From assembly GCA_951406725.2 (NCBI GenBank), contig OX597815.1, positions 174,716,001-174,780,000 on the forward strand: DNA of 64,000 nucleotides. The letters are read 5' to 3'. The stretch comes from Octopus vulgaris (lineage: Eukaryota). The notes beneath the pieces were generated by a model. The model was given only the letters and a program-made list of their open reading frames with translations, was not told the DNA's origin and made no database searches. Made by a program: the position numbers and the translations under genes. Below are positions 36,272 through 50,159 of the stretch, piece after piece; within the stretch, counting starts at the first letter, position 1, and each line of letters opens with the position of its first letter.

Positions 36272-39200
36272 TCCATATTTCTAGCCACTTCAGAGCATGC
36301 AAATAGTAGAAAAAAGTGCACTTGTATCCTACAAATATTTAGATTCATTGGGTGGCAAGATGGTTTAGTTAAAGAATTTGGGCCAAGATGGAAAAAGACA
36401 AGTGCAATCAAGAGAGAATTGGAAGCACATTGTAATCTGCAGTGTATAACATCTCTTAGTATGATCAGAACATGATTTATATATATGTATATTTTTTTCT
36501 TAACTAGTTTCAGCTTAAAAAGCTGTGACCATGCTGGGCTTCGCTTCACATTCTTACTTGATGGGGTAATCCCAAGTTAGTGGTCCCAGAGGTGTCATTA
36601 TTTGTAGAGCTGACCAGAAGATCCACCAATGCTCTCCATTGCTGGCTGTCCTTCTGCATCCTAGCCCTGGTAAGGTCTAGCAGGAGACAGAGATGTCCAT
36701 ACCAGCATATACAATGCATTGGTCCTCTCCATTCTCTATGGAACAGAAATGTGCCCCCCTCCCCCTCGAAAGTCTTAGCCAAATGGATCAATCGCTTTTG
36801 CAGAATCCTAAGAACCATCAAGAACATTAGATAGTACCACCATGCTTCCAACAAAGAGCTGTGTGCATGCATGCATCAGTCCATAACCTCCCACCTCATA
36901 ACTATCCATATATGCACATAATATGTACAATATGCTTTTATTCTGGTTCTCTTTACTAGATTCCACTCAAAGATATTAAAGGTTGTAGTAAAACCTCTAA
37001 GTTGCTACTCTTTTTATATAAGGTTCTATAATTTTTTTCTTCATAACCTTGTCAATTTCTGGTCTTCGTTAGAGACATCTCTTCTAAGCCACTTAAATAA
37101 ATCATTTGAAAAATGACAATAAAGAACACGTGAAATAATATATCATGTATGAAATATGTGGTACAGAGAAATATGATAAATGGGCTTGGATAATAAATTA
37201 AGGTCTTAAATATTATTTTTATTGAATGTCTTTCAAAACAAACCTGAATGATGACTGATTTGTCTAATGAGAGAGAATTGTATACAGTCAATATAAGCTT
37301 TTTTAAAATGGAAAATTTGAAAGAATGTGCACATTGAGAGCTAGTAAATTTAACTTGTAAATTGATGAAAATATGTGTGCAAAGAGGAGAGCTTTAGAGT
37401 GCTATAGTTTGAATGTAGAAAGGTTGAACATGTTTATTGCATAAAAAAAAATGAGACATTTGTTTCAGAAAAAGAGTTATTAAACACTAAAGTCGTTGCT
37501 GCAAAAAGGACTCATGGTTGACTGTCAGAAGAGCTTACAAGTAAATTTTTACTAAATTCTCTTTAAAATAGTGGCATCAAGCATGAACTTTATGTAGAAT
37601 ATTAGTGTCTTTTTTTTTTTTTACCATTTATGAGATCAGAAATCTTTATTGAGGATCTATAGTTCCTTTGAAATTTATAACAATATTCTTAGCAATAATA
37701 GATATCAGATATCTCCTCTAGGAATTTTGAAGATTCTAGAGAAATATTTGATAAGAATTAATTATATTTTCAAACAGAAGTAGTTTAGCAGTGTACTATT
37801 TAAGTACAGTGGAATATTAGGGTCATTTTAAGGTAGTTTAGACCAGATAAGGCTGACTCGTCATGTTTCTGCCGTATTTTGATTTTTAGGTATTGCACAT
37901 TCTGCATACACTTCATAATAAAATTTAGCAGCTTTGTTGAGGCTCCTCATTAGATTGTTAACATTTTCTTGACATGTGTTTGCTGTGGTTTGGTACTGAG
38001 ACTAGCTTGATATTACTCTATTTTAGAATGCTTTTAGGGACTCTGTCTATAGATGTAATACATAGATTGGTAGAGGTACCTTGATCATATAGAAATGCAC
38101 TTGTGTGCAGGTTTAGGAGGAGTAAAGATGGTATCATCTGTAGAAGAGTGTGTGAAAAAATGGTGAGCAAATTGCTAATGTACAGAAAGGCTTAAATAAA
38201 CTTGAAGGTAATTTGATAGAATGGTGATTAACTGCCCAGATTATGATAGAGAATACTGAGAGAAAACTTCCAGAAGAGATGGATGAAATCCATAAGTAAG
38301 CAGTTTTGGTAGGTCCTTGTACTAGATGCAGTCAAAGGCTTTGTGAACAGTTTGTTGTTAATACTTGTAGTGGAACTTTCTTTGTAAATGAAAACTTCTG
38401 AACTTTGAAGGGAAATTAATGCATAGTGTATTTAAACAGATAATTGAGCAGCCTTTGATGTTTTCTATCCAAAATGGATTGTCAAAAAGAAAAATTTTTA
38501 TGTTCTCTCAAAAATTAATGAATTCTGATGACATCAAGAAGATAATACAATGGCTTTTTTATAGTCAAATGGTAAGAAACAAGTTGACCAGTAGAAGAAT
38601 CAAATACTGATACAATATCAGTTATATTGTTTGACAATGAAAAAGACTAGAAATTTGACATGATCACAACACAACTTATGCATTCTGTAACCCTAGAATA
38701 CAGTGGGCAAGTGTCATCATTGGGTATTATAGTCATTTAATTAATTCATAGTTTTTTCATATTGATTGCTTCATCACCAAGTCATTTTTCATGCCAGAGG
38801 CTAACAAGCTTCACTTTCCCAAGAAAATTTCTTGTATATTTTTTTTGCAAGTGCTGTCAAACAATTTCAGTGGACATTAAATTTGGTTGAAAGTAACATT
38901 TTCTTTAGTTTAATAAAGGATAATGATGTTTCAATTCAGGTTGTACACTAACCAAGTAATTACTAAAATACTTCCTTTTTTTATTCCAATAATAATGGAA
39001 GCCTATTGTACAAGATTTTACAGTGAACCACACAACAAATTTGATGTCACTAGTGTAAAAAAGGATAAACAAAAATTCCTATGTATTGTCTTATAAAATT
39101 TTATCAAACAATAACGAAGTCAAACCCTCTGAAACAACATTTTTAGGCTAAACATCCTGATAAAGTTGACAGAATAATTGTATTTTGAGCAAAAGGCACT

Positions 39201-39541
39201 CTGAAATGTATGTGACTTGAGCAGAGTGGATAGTTGTCTCAAACAAAATGAAGTTATGTGATGAGCCATCAATATGGTTGCTCTGAGAATTGCAAGAAAA
39301 GTAAGAAGCCAATGACAATTGCTCAATCTTTGATTTTATCCTGCAAAAATATTCTTGGCTACATGGGGGAAGGAAACTGAATATTCTGCAATGCCAGATG
39401 ATACTGTTAAAGAATATTTGCTATGTTATAATATAAAAAGTATGGTAAATTCATCTATCAAAGAGATTCTGTTTGCTATCCTTACTATCCAACTTACTAT
39501 CATCTGACACCCTGCTTTTTATATACAATGGGTACAAAAAA

Positions 39542-40457
39542 GATTTGTTGCTCAAGTCCATGTGTTGACGGGAAATGTAGAAGTGATAGGAGCTATTGAA
39601 GCCTACGGCATCGATGAATAACGAGGAGAAAAAGCCTCCATGGAGCGGCTGCAACCATTTTAGGTTAGTGTCCGCACATGGCATGGGATTGCTGGAAACC
39701 GAAACCCGAATGAATTTGCCACCAATGTAAGCAGGCAGGACATAGCATCAGCAAGAGCCGACTGAAACAGTCAAAGGGGAACTACTGCCTCGCTAGTTTC
39801 CCCCTGCAAGCAAGTAGAGGCGCTCGACGACTTTAGTGGCTGAAAAGTGGAACAAGATGAGTAGTGTAAGGGCAGTTGATAGCAGTAAGATTAGATGTAG
39901 AGGTAGCAGTGAAGTGGAGATGGTGATGCAGGAAACAAAAATAAAGCTGCTTGCAATTGTGATCAACCATAGAGTTGATGTAGTGATGGGCATGAATACA
40001 ATCGATCATTTAGGTGTCGCAGTTAGTCAAAACAGGGTTATATATGTGCTGTGAGTGGGGAGAGCTCTGAAGAGAACAGTATTGCATACACCATTGTAGA
40101 CAAGGATTTTCAGGCTGTGTTCAACAGTTAGTAGGGCAAGGTCGAGCTCCTCCTATAGGCAGTGAGTGTTCGAGCGCCTCAACTTGATCGCAGGGGGAAA
40201 CTAGCGAGGCAGTTGTTTCCCTTTGACTGTTTCTGTCGGCGCTAGCTGATGCTATGTCCTGCTTGCTTGCATTGGTAGAAAATTCATTCGGGTTTCGGCT
40301 TCCTGCAATCCCATGCCATGTGCGGACACTGACCTAAAATGGTTGCGGCCGCTCCATGTAGGCTTTTTTCTCCTCGTTATTCATCGATGCCGTAAGCTTC
40401 AATAGCTGCCATCACCTCTACATTTCGCGTCAACACATGGGATAGAGCAATAAATTC
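39542..40457. mobile_element. Gypsy-like gag/protease remnant arranged as a ~285-bp inverted repeat
   Basis: 39542-39827 is the diverged reverse complement of 40170-40457; arms include a degenerate zinc knuckle (YQCKQAGH) and the spacer encodes VDVVMGMNTIDHLG, like a retropepsin C-terminus. Confidence 0.75.
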
Positions 40458-41912
40458 GCCCATGGACATCTCGTCCGGTAGTTGTTGCAGTCGTACCGTA
40501 TTTATCATTATAAACTTTGTGAACAGGGCAAGCACTTTTCAGTCTGATGGATGAGCCTGTAAAGAGGGCAGGGAGACAGTAAACTAAAGAGGTGTTCCAA
40601 GCAGCGTATACTCTATGCCACTGTCTGGATGAAACTCCAGTCGGGGAACTAAAAACTGAAGGTCGGTTAATATGCCAATTTTGAGGATCCGAGGAAAAGT
40701 CTTACACTACTGGAAGCAGAGGACATCAATGAAGCCAGTGTGTTAACGCAGAATAATTTTTGCTACAAGATGAATTAGAATTCCTATGTTCCTGTTGTTA
40801 GTAAATTAAATTATCAACTGATTTGAATCCCAGATCAGTTTCAGAAAATCTGCAAGATGAATAAGTGGGGTTTATGAATAACTCTCTGGCCAAACAATTT
40901 TTTGGAAACTTCTCACCTTACAAAATTCTGATGTTTCTGACTTACTCACCAGCTTCTAAAAGCATTAAATGAAATAAAATTGACGTGTCGACTCAGGATC
41001 TATAAGCCAAATGTTTTACAATTTATTCTTCACAAATTTTATATCAAAGAGAACGAATGGGTACACTGAAAAAAATCCTCAAAAAACAATGAGTAAGCTT
41101 GTATTAGATAAAATTTATCATTACAGGAAAGCATATTTGTCATATGGTCCTGCAAGTTTTACATATTTGGGTAGTACACCAGCTGATCAAGTGGGAGTGA
41201 CGTTGCGAGTTAAGCTCGTAAAAACAACAGTGAAAGTAGCTCTATCAAAATGTAGAACATATATAGTGCAAGAGGCCATAACTTTAATTTATCGAAACTA
41301 TTTCCAGCTAACGTTTGAAAATTTCTGAAAAAGTAAATTACAGCAAGGGCAACAACTCAAAATCAAATATTTTTTTGTATCACACCGGAATCTGAATTAA
41401 AATTGTAAATAAGCAATGCTGTAGGAGGAAGGTTAATTTGATCTTTAGCACACGGTGACAACTCTGGATGTGTTTCTATCTCATTAGACTTTATTGTTGT
41501 ATACACTGAGTACATTTGTTGGTATGAGATAGAATAAAGCCAGAGAAAATAACAGTTATCATCCGCATAGAAAATAAAATGTGAAGTACATGCTACTTGT
41601 GTCTACCTAAACAAGTACCGCAGTTTATATCATCTGTGAAAATGTGTATAATAGCTTGAATACAATATTCACAGATTAAATTGTTCTGATGTACACTATT
41701 TACATTCGATGGACTCTTCCATTTCTTGCCTGATTTCAAAATTGTCGCGATGAAAATTTCACAAAAATCATTTTAAGTCTACTGATCGATAGCTTTCTTG
41801 TTTGTTTTACTGATTATAAAAATATTATATGTGATTTCCAGAAATAAACAAAATTAAATACGGTAATAATTGTGATATAAGTATGAACTAACGGTAACTG
41901 ACTGAAGTTCCT

Positions 41913-41949
41913 TTCCGGAAGTGGTTATTCAGTGCGGTCCTATTTGCAT
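41913..41949 (+). promoter_or_regulatory. ARMC8 proximal promoter motifs (ETS CCGGAAGT; octamer ATTTGCAT)
   Basis: ccggaagt at 41915-41922 and atttgcat at 41942-41949, about 230-250 bp upstream of the ATG. Confidence 0.4.
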
Positions 41950-42169
41950 TTTTATATGGAGAACGAAGGGGAAAAAAGATTAAAGTAATCGAAATGATGA
42001 AACGATATTACATTATGACATAAATATTTTTATATAAGTAAACATTCGCTAATTCCAAATTTTCTTTTTTTAACGACAGTACTAACTAGAGTCTTTTTAA
42101 TCGCGTCTCCTTTTGGGTATTTTCGTTGTTTCATCTAAGGTAGATCTCGTTGCTAGAACTGTACTCGCC

Positions 42170-42187
42170 ATGTCCTCATGTTTAATG
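42170..42187 (+). CDS. ARMC8: ARMC8 coding exon 1 (MSSCLM)
   Basis: gccATG Kozak context, strong donor ATG|gtaagt, phase 0 fits exon 2. Confidence 0.7.
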
Positions 42188-43544
42188 GTAAGTCTTTTCC
42201 CTTTTTGACGTCTCCCACTCCCATAAAAAAAAAACCCTTACGAAAAGACCCCCACTCCGAAAAAAATAATTTCCTATTTTACAGCTTTCTTTAGAAAGCA
42301 GTAGTCTTGTACCTTGAAACTATGCTCACATGTATAATTTATTGATATCAACGTTTCACTCTAAACAATCTATGTTAAACTCATTATAAAAACTGTGTCG
42401 TTGACTTAGTTTTTTTTATATAGTTTTGTAATGCGAATCATTTCAAAGAGCAATATCAAATATTTCTAAACTGGAAGTTTTTGCGATCATTTCTTTCTGT
42501 AATTTTTGAGTTTTCAAATTTAGAAGTAAATCTGATCGATTTAGAGTCTAACATACATTTGTAAACAAAAGACTAAACAATGAAATTTGTTGTCTGCTAA
42601 CTTCAGGACAATTTCATTAATTAAGGATAATGGTGACTTTTTATTATTTTTTTTTAGAAAGAACTACAGTTCATTGTTTGGAAATTTTAGTGGATCATTG
42701 TATATAGGGTTTTGATTTAATGGGGGGAAATATAGTAAAAAAGAACAAATATTGGTAACCGACCATCAGACACTCATAAACTACCGTTACGGTTTTCCTA
42801 CTTCATTCAAGTTACTATTATGGAACGGATATTGTGACATTTCTTTATTTATCCAGAAAATATATAGATAAAAGTAAACAAATTGAAAGCTTCGTGCATT
42901 TCTGCATTTGAGAAGAATGAAATATATATATATTGAGTGTGTGTGTACAGAGCAGTAATAAGAAACTAAAATGACAATGTAATTTCAATTTCTTGTTTAC
43001 TGCTTTCTACTCAACTGACGCTTTGTTCTGAAGCATATGTATATTGAATTTTAACACCAGGCTATTAATATAGCTATGCTTAAGCGAAATAATAATAATA
43101 ATAATAGTAATAATCATATATGTATATAGTTCAGATCTCCACATTGGACAGTATGAAAAATTCTTCCATTTAATTTGTAATTCAACATTTTGATTGTCTT
43201 TAGACTGCTATTTATTCCGAAAGTTCAGTGCAGTAAATTAGGCTGAAGCATAAAAATTTTCATTCTGTCTTGATAATAGTGTAACTATCTTTGTATCCAG
43301 CACTTAATACCGATTTTTAAACATCAACATAAGCATTTTGATGTCGCGTCAACATTTGAAAAATTAAGTTCCACTTAATTTATATCGTTTGAGTGAAATT
43401 TGTCGGATTAATCTTTGTAATTTTGTCCCCGATAAATTATTGAAATAATTATTTTGTATCGTTTCTTGCTTAAAGGTAATTGCAAAAAAAAAAAAATTGA
43501 AATTCTGTTTGAGGAATTTCCATGTTATTACCTACAGTATGTAT

Positions 43545-43925
43545 CTCTTTTACTTGTTTCAGTCATTTGTCTGCGACCATGCTGGAGCACCGCCTTTAGT
43601 CGAGCAAATCGATCCTAGGACTTCTTTGTAAGCCTAGTACTTATTCTACCGGTCTCTTTTGCCGAATCGCTACGTTACGGGGACATAAACACACCAGCAT
43701 CGGTTGTCAAGCGATGTTGGGGGGACAAACACATACACACACACACAATATATATATATATATACGGGTTTCTTTCAGTTTCCGTCTACCAAATCCACTC
43801 ACAAGGCTTTGGTCAGCCCAAAGCTATAGTTGAAGACACTTGCGCAAGGTTCCACGCAGTGGGACTGAACCTGGAACCATGTGGTTGGTAAGCAAGTTAC
43901 CTACCACACAGCCACTACTGCGCCT
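43545..43925 (-). mobile_element. Full-length SINE (family of 231-628) in ARMC8 intron 1
   Basis: Reverse complement of 231-628 along its length. Confidence 0.88.
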
Positions 43926-44662
43926 ATGTATATATATATTTTTTTTTCTGCTATTATGCATTAAATGTACTTTTTAAAATTAACTAAATGCTCAGTTTAT
44001 CCGTAAAATTTTCTCTGGCGTTTGAAGAGGATAACACATATCTGAGATGGAAAAATTGATAGACTGTTTCGGTAGATTTTAGTTCACAGTTAGCGCATAC
44101 TTTTCATCTAACCGAAGTTTACGTATTTTAATATCTGTAAGATTTTGCGCAAGTTTAGTTCAAGTGCTTTCGAAACGTTTCGGTGGCAGTGTTAATATAT
44201 TGCGCATCTGATAACTGGATCAATATGGTTGTTCGACCTACCAGAAATAACAGTCCATTCTCCTTCAACTCACCGTGCCATTTAAATAAAGTATACATTG
44301 TAAAATGTAGTCTCTGATAGGCAAAAAGATTAGATGTTTACATCTGGAACACCTTTGATCACAAGTCTTTCTCGATCAAAGTTGTCCTGGAGCTAAACAA
44401 CAAATCGTCTGACAAATATAACTTTATTTCTATCGCATATCAGCTGTTAGTGATATCCGTTACAACGGCTGGCACTTTCAATTCCTCAGCTATTGGTAAT
44501 CCTTTCAAGTTTGACAGGAAAATTCAGGTTCTTTTGTTTAGGTGGTTTCTAAAATATTGTTACTTGAATGAACTTAGTCGAGGAAAAACAAAACAAATTT
44601 ATTTCGTTTTGGGATTTGGTTTGCAAGATTCTTTATGTGAGTTCGTGTGTTGAAGCATATTC

Positions 44663-44880
44663 TGTTGTGTCTGGGGCGAGTCATTTTCTTTTTGTGCCTT
44701 ATAATTTAACACACTCACCGGTAAAATTTCCACTTATTTCTTATTTTTATTTTCCTGAAATTTTCGTTGCGTCTTGCAACATTTTCAATAGTCTTGACTA
44801 TTGAAAAGGTTGCAAATTTTACCGGTGAGTGTGTTAAATTATAAAGCACAAAAAGAAAACGACTCTCCCCAGACACAACA
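44663..44880. repeat. 67-bp inverted repeat enclosing a second palindrome
   Basis: 44663-44729 versus 44814-44880; inner ttgcaacattttcaatagtc/gactattgaaaaggttgcaa at 44774-44815. Confidence 0.88.
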
Positions 44881-45151
44881 AAACAAATCAAACCTAAATG
44901 ACTAAATACTTTGAAATATGAAAGTGAAAATACAACTACGAACATAAAGAGTTGAATAAATGGTACTGACCAGCATTTTCAACAGAAGTTATGAACCAAT
45001 TCCGTTACTTTCAAATGGAATTATCTCAAATATTTTAGTTCACATACCAATAAGAAAAAGTGGACAAACCTAACTAAAATACATATATTTTGTTAAATAT
45101 TTATTAATTATTCTTTTTTTTATTTAAATACATAATAATTTTCATTTTCAG

Positions 45152-45225
45152 GAGGTAGATGGATCACAAAGTTTTGTTGAGGTGTTGTTATCTAATGATT
45201 CTGATCGATGGATGGATTCCATTGT
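45152..45225 (+). CDS. ARMC8: ARMC8 coding exon 2
   Basis: tttcag|GAG...GT|gtaagt; EVDGSQSFVEVLLSNDSDRWMDSIV aligns with the ARMC8 N-terminus. Confidence 0.8.
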
Positions 45226-46131
45226 GTAAGTTCTCTTTATTCTAATTCCATTTAAATGATCTTCTTTTGTTTGCTTCTCTCTATCTATCCCCCACCAACT
45301 TAGATATAAAAAAATAATTTCAACTGAATATAACATAATATTAACTTCATTTAATTATATTCTCACTGTAAGGAACCCCTTAATACTATGAACTTCATTT
45401 TGAATTATTTTATAAAATGAGATACTTGGCTAGATATTATTCTGTGGGATACTGTTTTCTTATTTAAAAAAAAATGAAGATATGGAAGAAAGAAAGGCAG
45501 AATAAGATTTTTATATGGTTTAGTCAAGTGGAAGAGGCTGTGCCATTATTTTTGCTGGCTGGTGAAGTTAATGCAGTTTCTATTCAATTTGATGTCTGCA
45601 GGGAAGTGCAAAGTTGTATATAGATGCTTTTGTGGTGAGTATCTAATGACAATGAAAACTTAATGCATCAGTGTGAGACATGCAAGTGTCATATAAAATG
45701 TGTAATTATTAATGTTTTTTCCTGTACTGAACATGAAGGTCATCTTTGGATGGTTCTATAAAAGATCGCTAGATCCTTGCTCAATCTTTCTCTCTGTCTC
45801 TGGAGAAAGGAATGTTGTGAGTGGTCTGCATACTTAAGAAGTGGCATGATATAGTTGATTCCAAGAAAGAGACACAAGAGGAATCAACCTGAAGACTTGA
45901 CAAGTACTTTATTTGTCAGTTCTAGCAGGACAAAAAGCAAAGCTGACCATAGGATGCTGGAACAACAAATGATGTGTATTAGGATAAGAAGAATGTCTTA
46001 ACTATAAAAATTAAATGATATAGATTTGTGTTGGATCTCTATTTTTACAGATGAAATCTGTGATTTGAATATAGTCTTACTTTCGTAGGTTTTTGTTATA
46101 TTTGTAAACCGGTAATGTTTGTCTTTTACAG

Positions 46132-46203
46132 TCAGGTGAAAAATATGGTAATTGGTAACAATAAACAGAAAAGTCAAGTAATTGTTCAAGGATTGATTCC
46201 CAG
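46132..46203 (+). CDS. ARMC8: ARMC8 coding exon 3
   Basis: QVKNMVIGNNKQKSQVIVQGLIPR; ag/gt boundaries in phase 2. Confidence 0.92.
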
Positions 46204-46574
46204 GTGATGATTTTGTAATGATTTACTAATTTATGCAGTTTCTCAAACATATTCAGATATAAATATCTAAAATTTTAAAAAAATCAAATGACAAAACAAC
46301 AGTTATATTAAAGAGAAATATATTTTATGTAAACTTTTATGTATTTAAAGCTGAAACAATAATGCTTCATATATATATTTCATACACAGGTTATTAATTG
46401 CTATGAAATTTATATTTTTTTGTTTACTCTTGCCAGATTTTTTCTTAGATTAATTAAAAATGTAAAAACAAAAAGTAGGTCAGTTGACTATTATGCAAAA
46501 GCCTTATAACTATTTCAAGAGCAATGTACTTACTAATATCTTACCTTAACATGGAGTTCTGTAACACAAAACAT

Positions 46575-46619
46575 ATTTTCCCATTGATTTCTATGTAATA
46601 TGAAAATCAATGGGAAAAT
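46575..46619. repeat. 16-bp perfect inverted repeat, probably the centre of a palindromic MITE
   Basis: attttcccattgattt / aaatcaatgggaaaat, with looser outer arms gttctgt / acagaac. Confidence 0.75.
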
Positions 46620-47753
46620 GGGTTTCATATAACAGAACCTCACCCTGTAGTAAGATTTTCAGGAGTGCAAAACTTTCATAACATGGAAGATGCCTGTATA
46701 CAAAGGTGATTCTTTTGCTTCTCAACCACTGTATGTTTGCTATAGTCAGTTGCTACAAAAGCCCAACATTCACTGTGATTTTGTTCATTAATGAATGGAA
46801 TTGGCAAAACTCAATATTATATTTAGTAATGTAATCAGGGAAAATAATTAGTGACTAGATCATGTACTAGGATTCTGGCCAGATGTTGTCAACAGCAATA
46901 ACTGAAGGCTATGACTTCTTGGATGGTTTGCATGAAATGGTATATAATTTATGTTACTTAGAGAATATAATTGTACCAGATGTGAAATTAGTGAAAGAAA
47001 GTACAGTAGTTTAAGTTTTGAGTGTGTGAAAGCTTTTAAAGAACTGCTATCTCTGTTGGAATTTCTTACATTGTATAGAGAGCAGTTCAAATGAGTATGT
47101 CAAATGTGTGATACTAGATGGCAGTATAACATAGGTAGCATACAAACAAAAGTGAAGTCTGTCAATGTGTGTTAATTTAACAAATGACTGAAGTATGCAG
47201 CTGATTACAATAGTCTGAACATGTAATATAAATGTATTGAATATGCTAGGCAAAAGAGGGGCATTGGTTATTATTGAAATGTTCCATTGCAGAGGTAAAA
47301 TGAGAAAAATTTGTAAAATAGTAATTAGTGAGGACCTGAGTTAGATTGTACTTCAGATAAGGTGGCCTTTACTTGGTATGCACAGAGTAATGCTGTGTTA
47401 TGAACCCATCTAACTTATAATAACGTGGAAGAAAAAAAGCTGATATGATTTCAAAATAGTATTGACATATGTACAAAAATCAAGATGGGGAGATGTAAAA
47501 AAGATAATGGCAATGATGATAGGAAGGATGGCAGCAGTAATGACAGGAACTGAACTATGGTAATTGGATATTGGCTTCTATGATTGATTTTCTTTATATT
47601 TAATGAAGTCAAAGTGTCTTTGATGTTAGAATGTTGGAGTAAAGAAAACTTTCAAGTTTAACTGGCAAGGATTATGACATATTTGAAAGTGAAATGCACG
47701 AAGCAATTTTTTTGGATGTTTTACTGAATATTTTGTTTTATTTTTCTATCCAG

Positions 47754-47896
47754 GTTACTTCAGTGGATGATGCATGATAACATCCCTTTGGATCTGAAAA
47801 TAGAATGCTCTGTGGTTTTGGGGAGTTTATCAAAAGGCACAGAAGCCAACATTGTCAGTTTAATAGAAGCTGGTTCAGTACCTATATTACTTGCTG
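47754..47896 (+). CDS. ARMC8: ARMC8 coding exon 4 (donor ambiguous: GC at 47897 or GT at 47903)
   Basis: LLQWMMHDNIPLDLKIECSVVLGSLSKGTEANIVSLIEAGSVPILLA; must end in phase 1. Confidence 0.88.
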
Positions 47897-48833
47897 GCAA
47901 CAGTTGAGTACATTCTTTCATCTATGTTTCTCTTTCAAATGAAGTGTTGTTGGTGTTGCATTATGCAGCATTGCTTCACAGACTTGTTTCAACTATTGTC
48001 CCTTTTCTTTTACTAACACTTTTTCAGCCCCAGCCCTTTTTTAAATGTACATGTAATATCAGGCCTAAGTAATTTAGTTTGATGCAGGTGAGTACTTACT
48101 GTAGCACCACTCTTGTATCAGTGGAAATTTGATGTGTATGAGCAATGGGATACAGGGCGACAAACTTGATATTGGAGGAATAATGTAGTGTGCAAGAGAG
48201 AAGACTATATTGGTATGAACTTTTGTGATATATATAAGGGATGTTAGTTGTATAAAGAAGTGTTGAGTACTCAGTATTGATAGAACCTGTTGAGCAGAAA
48301 GACCAAGGGCTACTTGGGATGAAGTGGTGAAAACTACTCACTATAGGCTGAGCCTCTAAGTATGATGGCAATGAATGTACAGCATTTATATATTTGAAAT
48401 ATTTTTAAGGTGCTTGTAATATTTTAAATTGTGTCATTGGTTGAAATTCATGAAAATTTCTTCAAAAGTAAAATATTCCTTCTGTCTTGAGTAAGTCTTG
48501 GTCTTTTAGCATAGTGATTGTTAGATACTAAAATTGCATTGAAATCTCTGTTGGAAGTTAAACAAACATAATAATTTCCAAGAAATAATATCTTGTTAGT
48601 TATGATTTTATTGATTTAAGAGCTTTAGTAAAGATCTGAAGCCATAACATCTACCTGCATTTAAATTCTTATGGTCTTCATGTTTGTTACTGTGAGAGTA
48701 GTATGATCAGAGAACATATGTAAATGTTTTGTGTGAAATATTTACACTTAAGAAAATTCTTTTGTTTCTATTTGCTTTAATGTCTAAATACTAGTTGGAA
48801 ATTTAAGTAGCTATCAAGTATTTTTATTTTCAG

Positions 48834-48931
48834 GACTTGCTAATTATGATCTGAAATATGTAGAAGCTTGTTTACGCTGTCTTCGTACTGTCTTTCTCTG
48901 TAATAGTGCTCCCAAAGAACACATTTTTGAG
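48834..48931 (+). CDS. ARMC8: ARMC8 coding exon 5
   Basis: LANYDLKYVEACLRCLRTVF...; tttcag| and |gtgagt. Confidence 0.93.
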
Positions 48932-49237
48932 GTGAGTAACTTTTATTTTGGTTTACATCATATGTTGATATTTATTATAATGATGGTGAAAAGACCGTTT
49001 CTAGATTCATGTTACATTGATCTACTTGGTTAATACCTTCACTAGCCTGTCACTTGAGATTATGATCTTTATATATTGATACTTTTGTCAAGAATATAGC
49101 TGTCAGGTTAAGAAGTCCATTTCATAATCACATGATTTGGGTTCCATCCCACTATGGTACCTTGGGTGAGTGTCTTTTACCAATACCTTGTGAATGAAGT
49201 TTAGTAGCCTGTAACTATGCAGAAGTCTATTATATAT

Positions 49238-50141
49238 GTGTTTGAGCTAAGTTTGACAGTTTGCCTAAAAGGCAAAAAAAACAAAAACAATATCCCATCC
49301 AAAAATGAAGTATTTTAAAAAGTCAAAAAATATCAACTAAGTTATGGCTGGGAGATAAGAGTTTACTCAAAGTAGCCTCCCTCAGCTGCCACCACAGCTT
49401 CAAGACAGCTCTGGAACCTGGTGCATGCATTCCCCACTGTGTCACTGGGCAGATCTTTAAACACCTCATTGATCTAGACCACCAGTATGGCTTTGGTGTT
49501 GCACCAGAGTGGTTGATGTCTTTCTCAATTGCACGGTACACATAGTAATCCATGGGATTACAACTAGGAGAATTAGCAGCCAGAAATTGAGGCTGGTAAA
49601 GCCTGAGAAATTCTCCAACAACCACTTCTGACTCTTTCCAGAGCTATGATAAGGAGCTGAATCTTGCTGCCACACATATGGCCTTCAAGCAGCAACCCTT
49701 TCCAGCCAGGGTTTGACCACAGTCTCAAGCAGCTTGACATAGACATCTGAATTGAGCCTAAGGCCCTGTTCAGAATGTGAGTTGGCATGATGTCACCCTC
49801 AGTGGAAACACATCCAAAGACCATCACAGTTTGGGGGAACTTGGTTTTCATGATATGTGGTACATCACATAGATTGTAGGCAAACCTTTACAGTGTTTAC
49901 AGAGAATTGAGCTGCTGTAATGATGTTGGCATTTTGATATCCAGTGCAAATCATCATGATACAGGTAACTCTTTTCCATTATTCAGCATGGCTTCCAGTC
50001 CTCCATGTTTGTTAACTTTTTCTTAACCATAACTTTAATCTTTATGCTCTCCAATGCTATTGACTGTTCACCAATACATCAAGCTATCCCTAAAGAAAGA
50101 GGAACATAAAAAAAATCTATCAGATTTAGCCCAAATACCTT
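49238..50141 (-). mobile_element. Tc1/mariner transposon remnant
   Basis: Frameshifted VMVFGCVS, WQQDSAPYH and NSPSCNPMDYYV motifs; degenerate TIRs gtttgagctaagtttgaca / tatcagatttagcccaaatac. Confidence 0.82.
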
Positions 50142-50159
50142 GTGTGTGTGTGTATTATC

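Noticed and set aside
39396-39430. aaagaatatttgcta resembling the SNORD24 guide
   Set aside because: Not followed by a D/D' box and has no proper C box; it lies in probable decayed transposon sequence.
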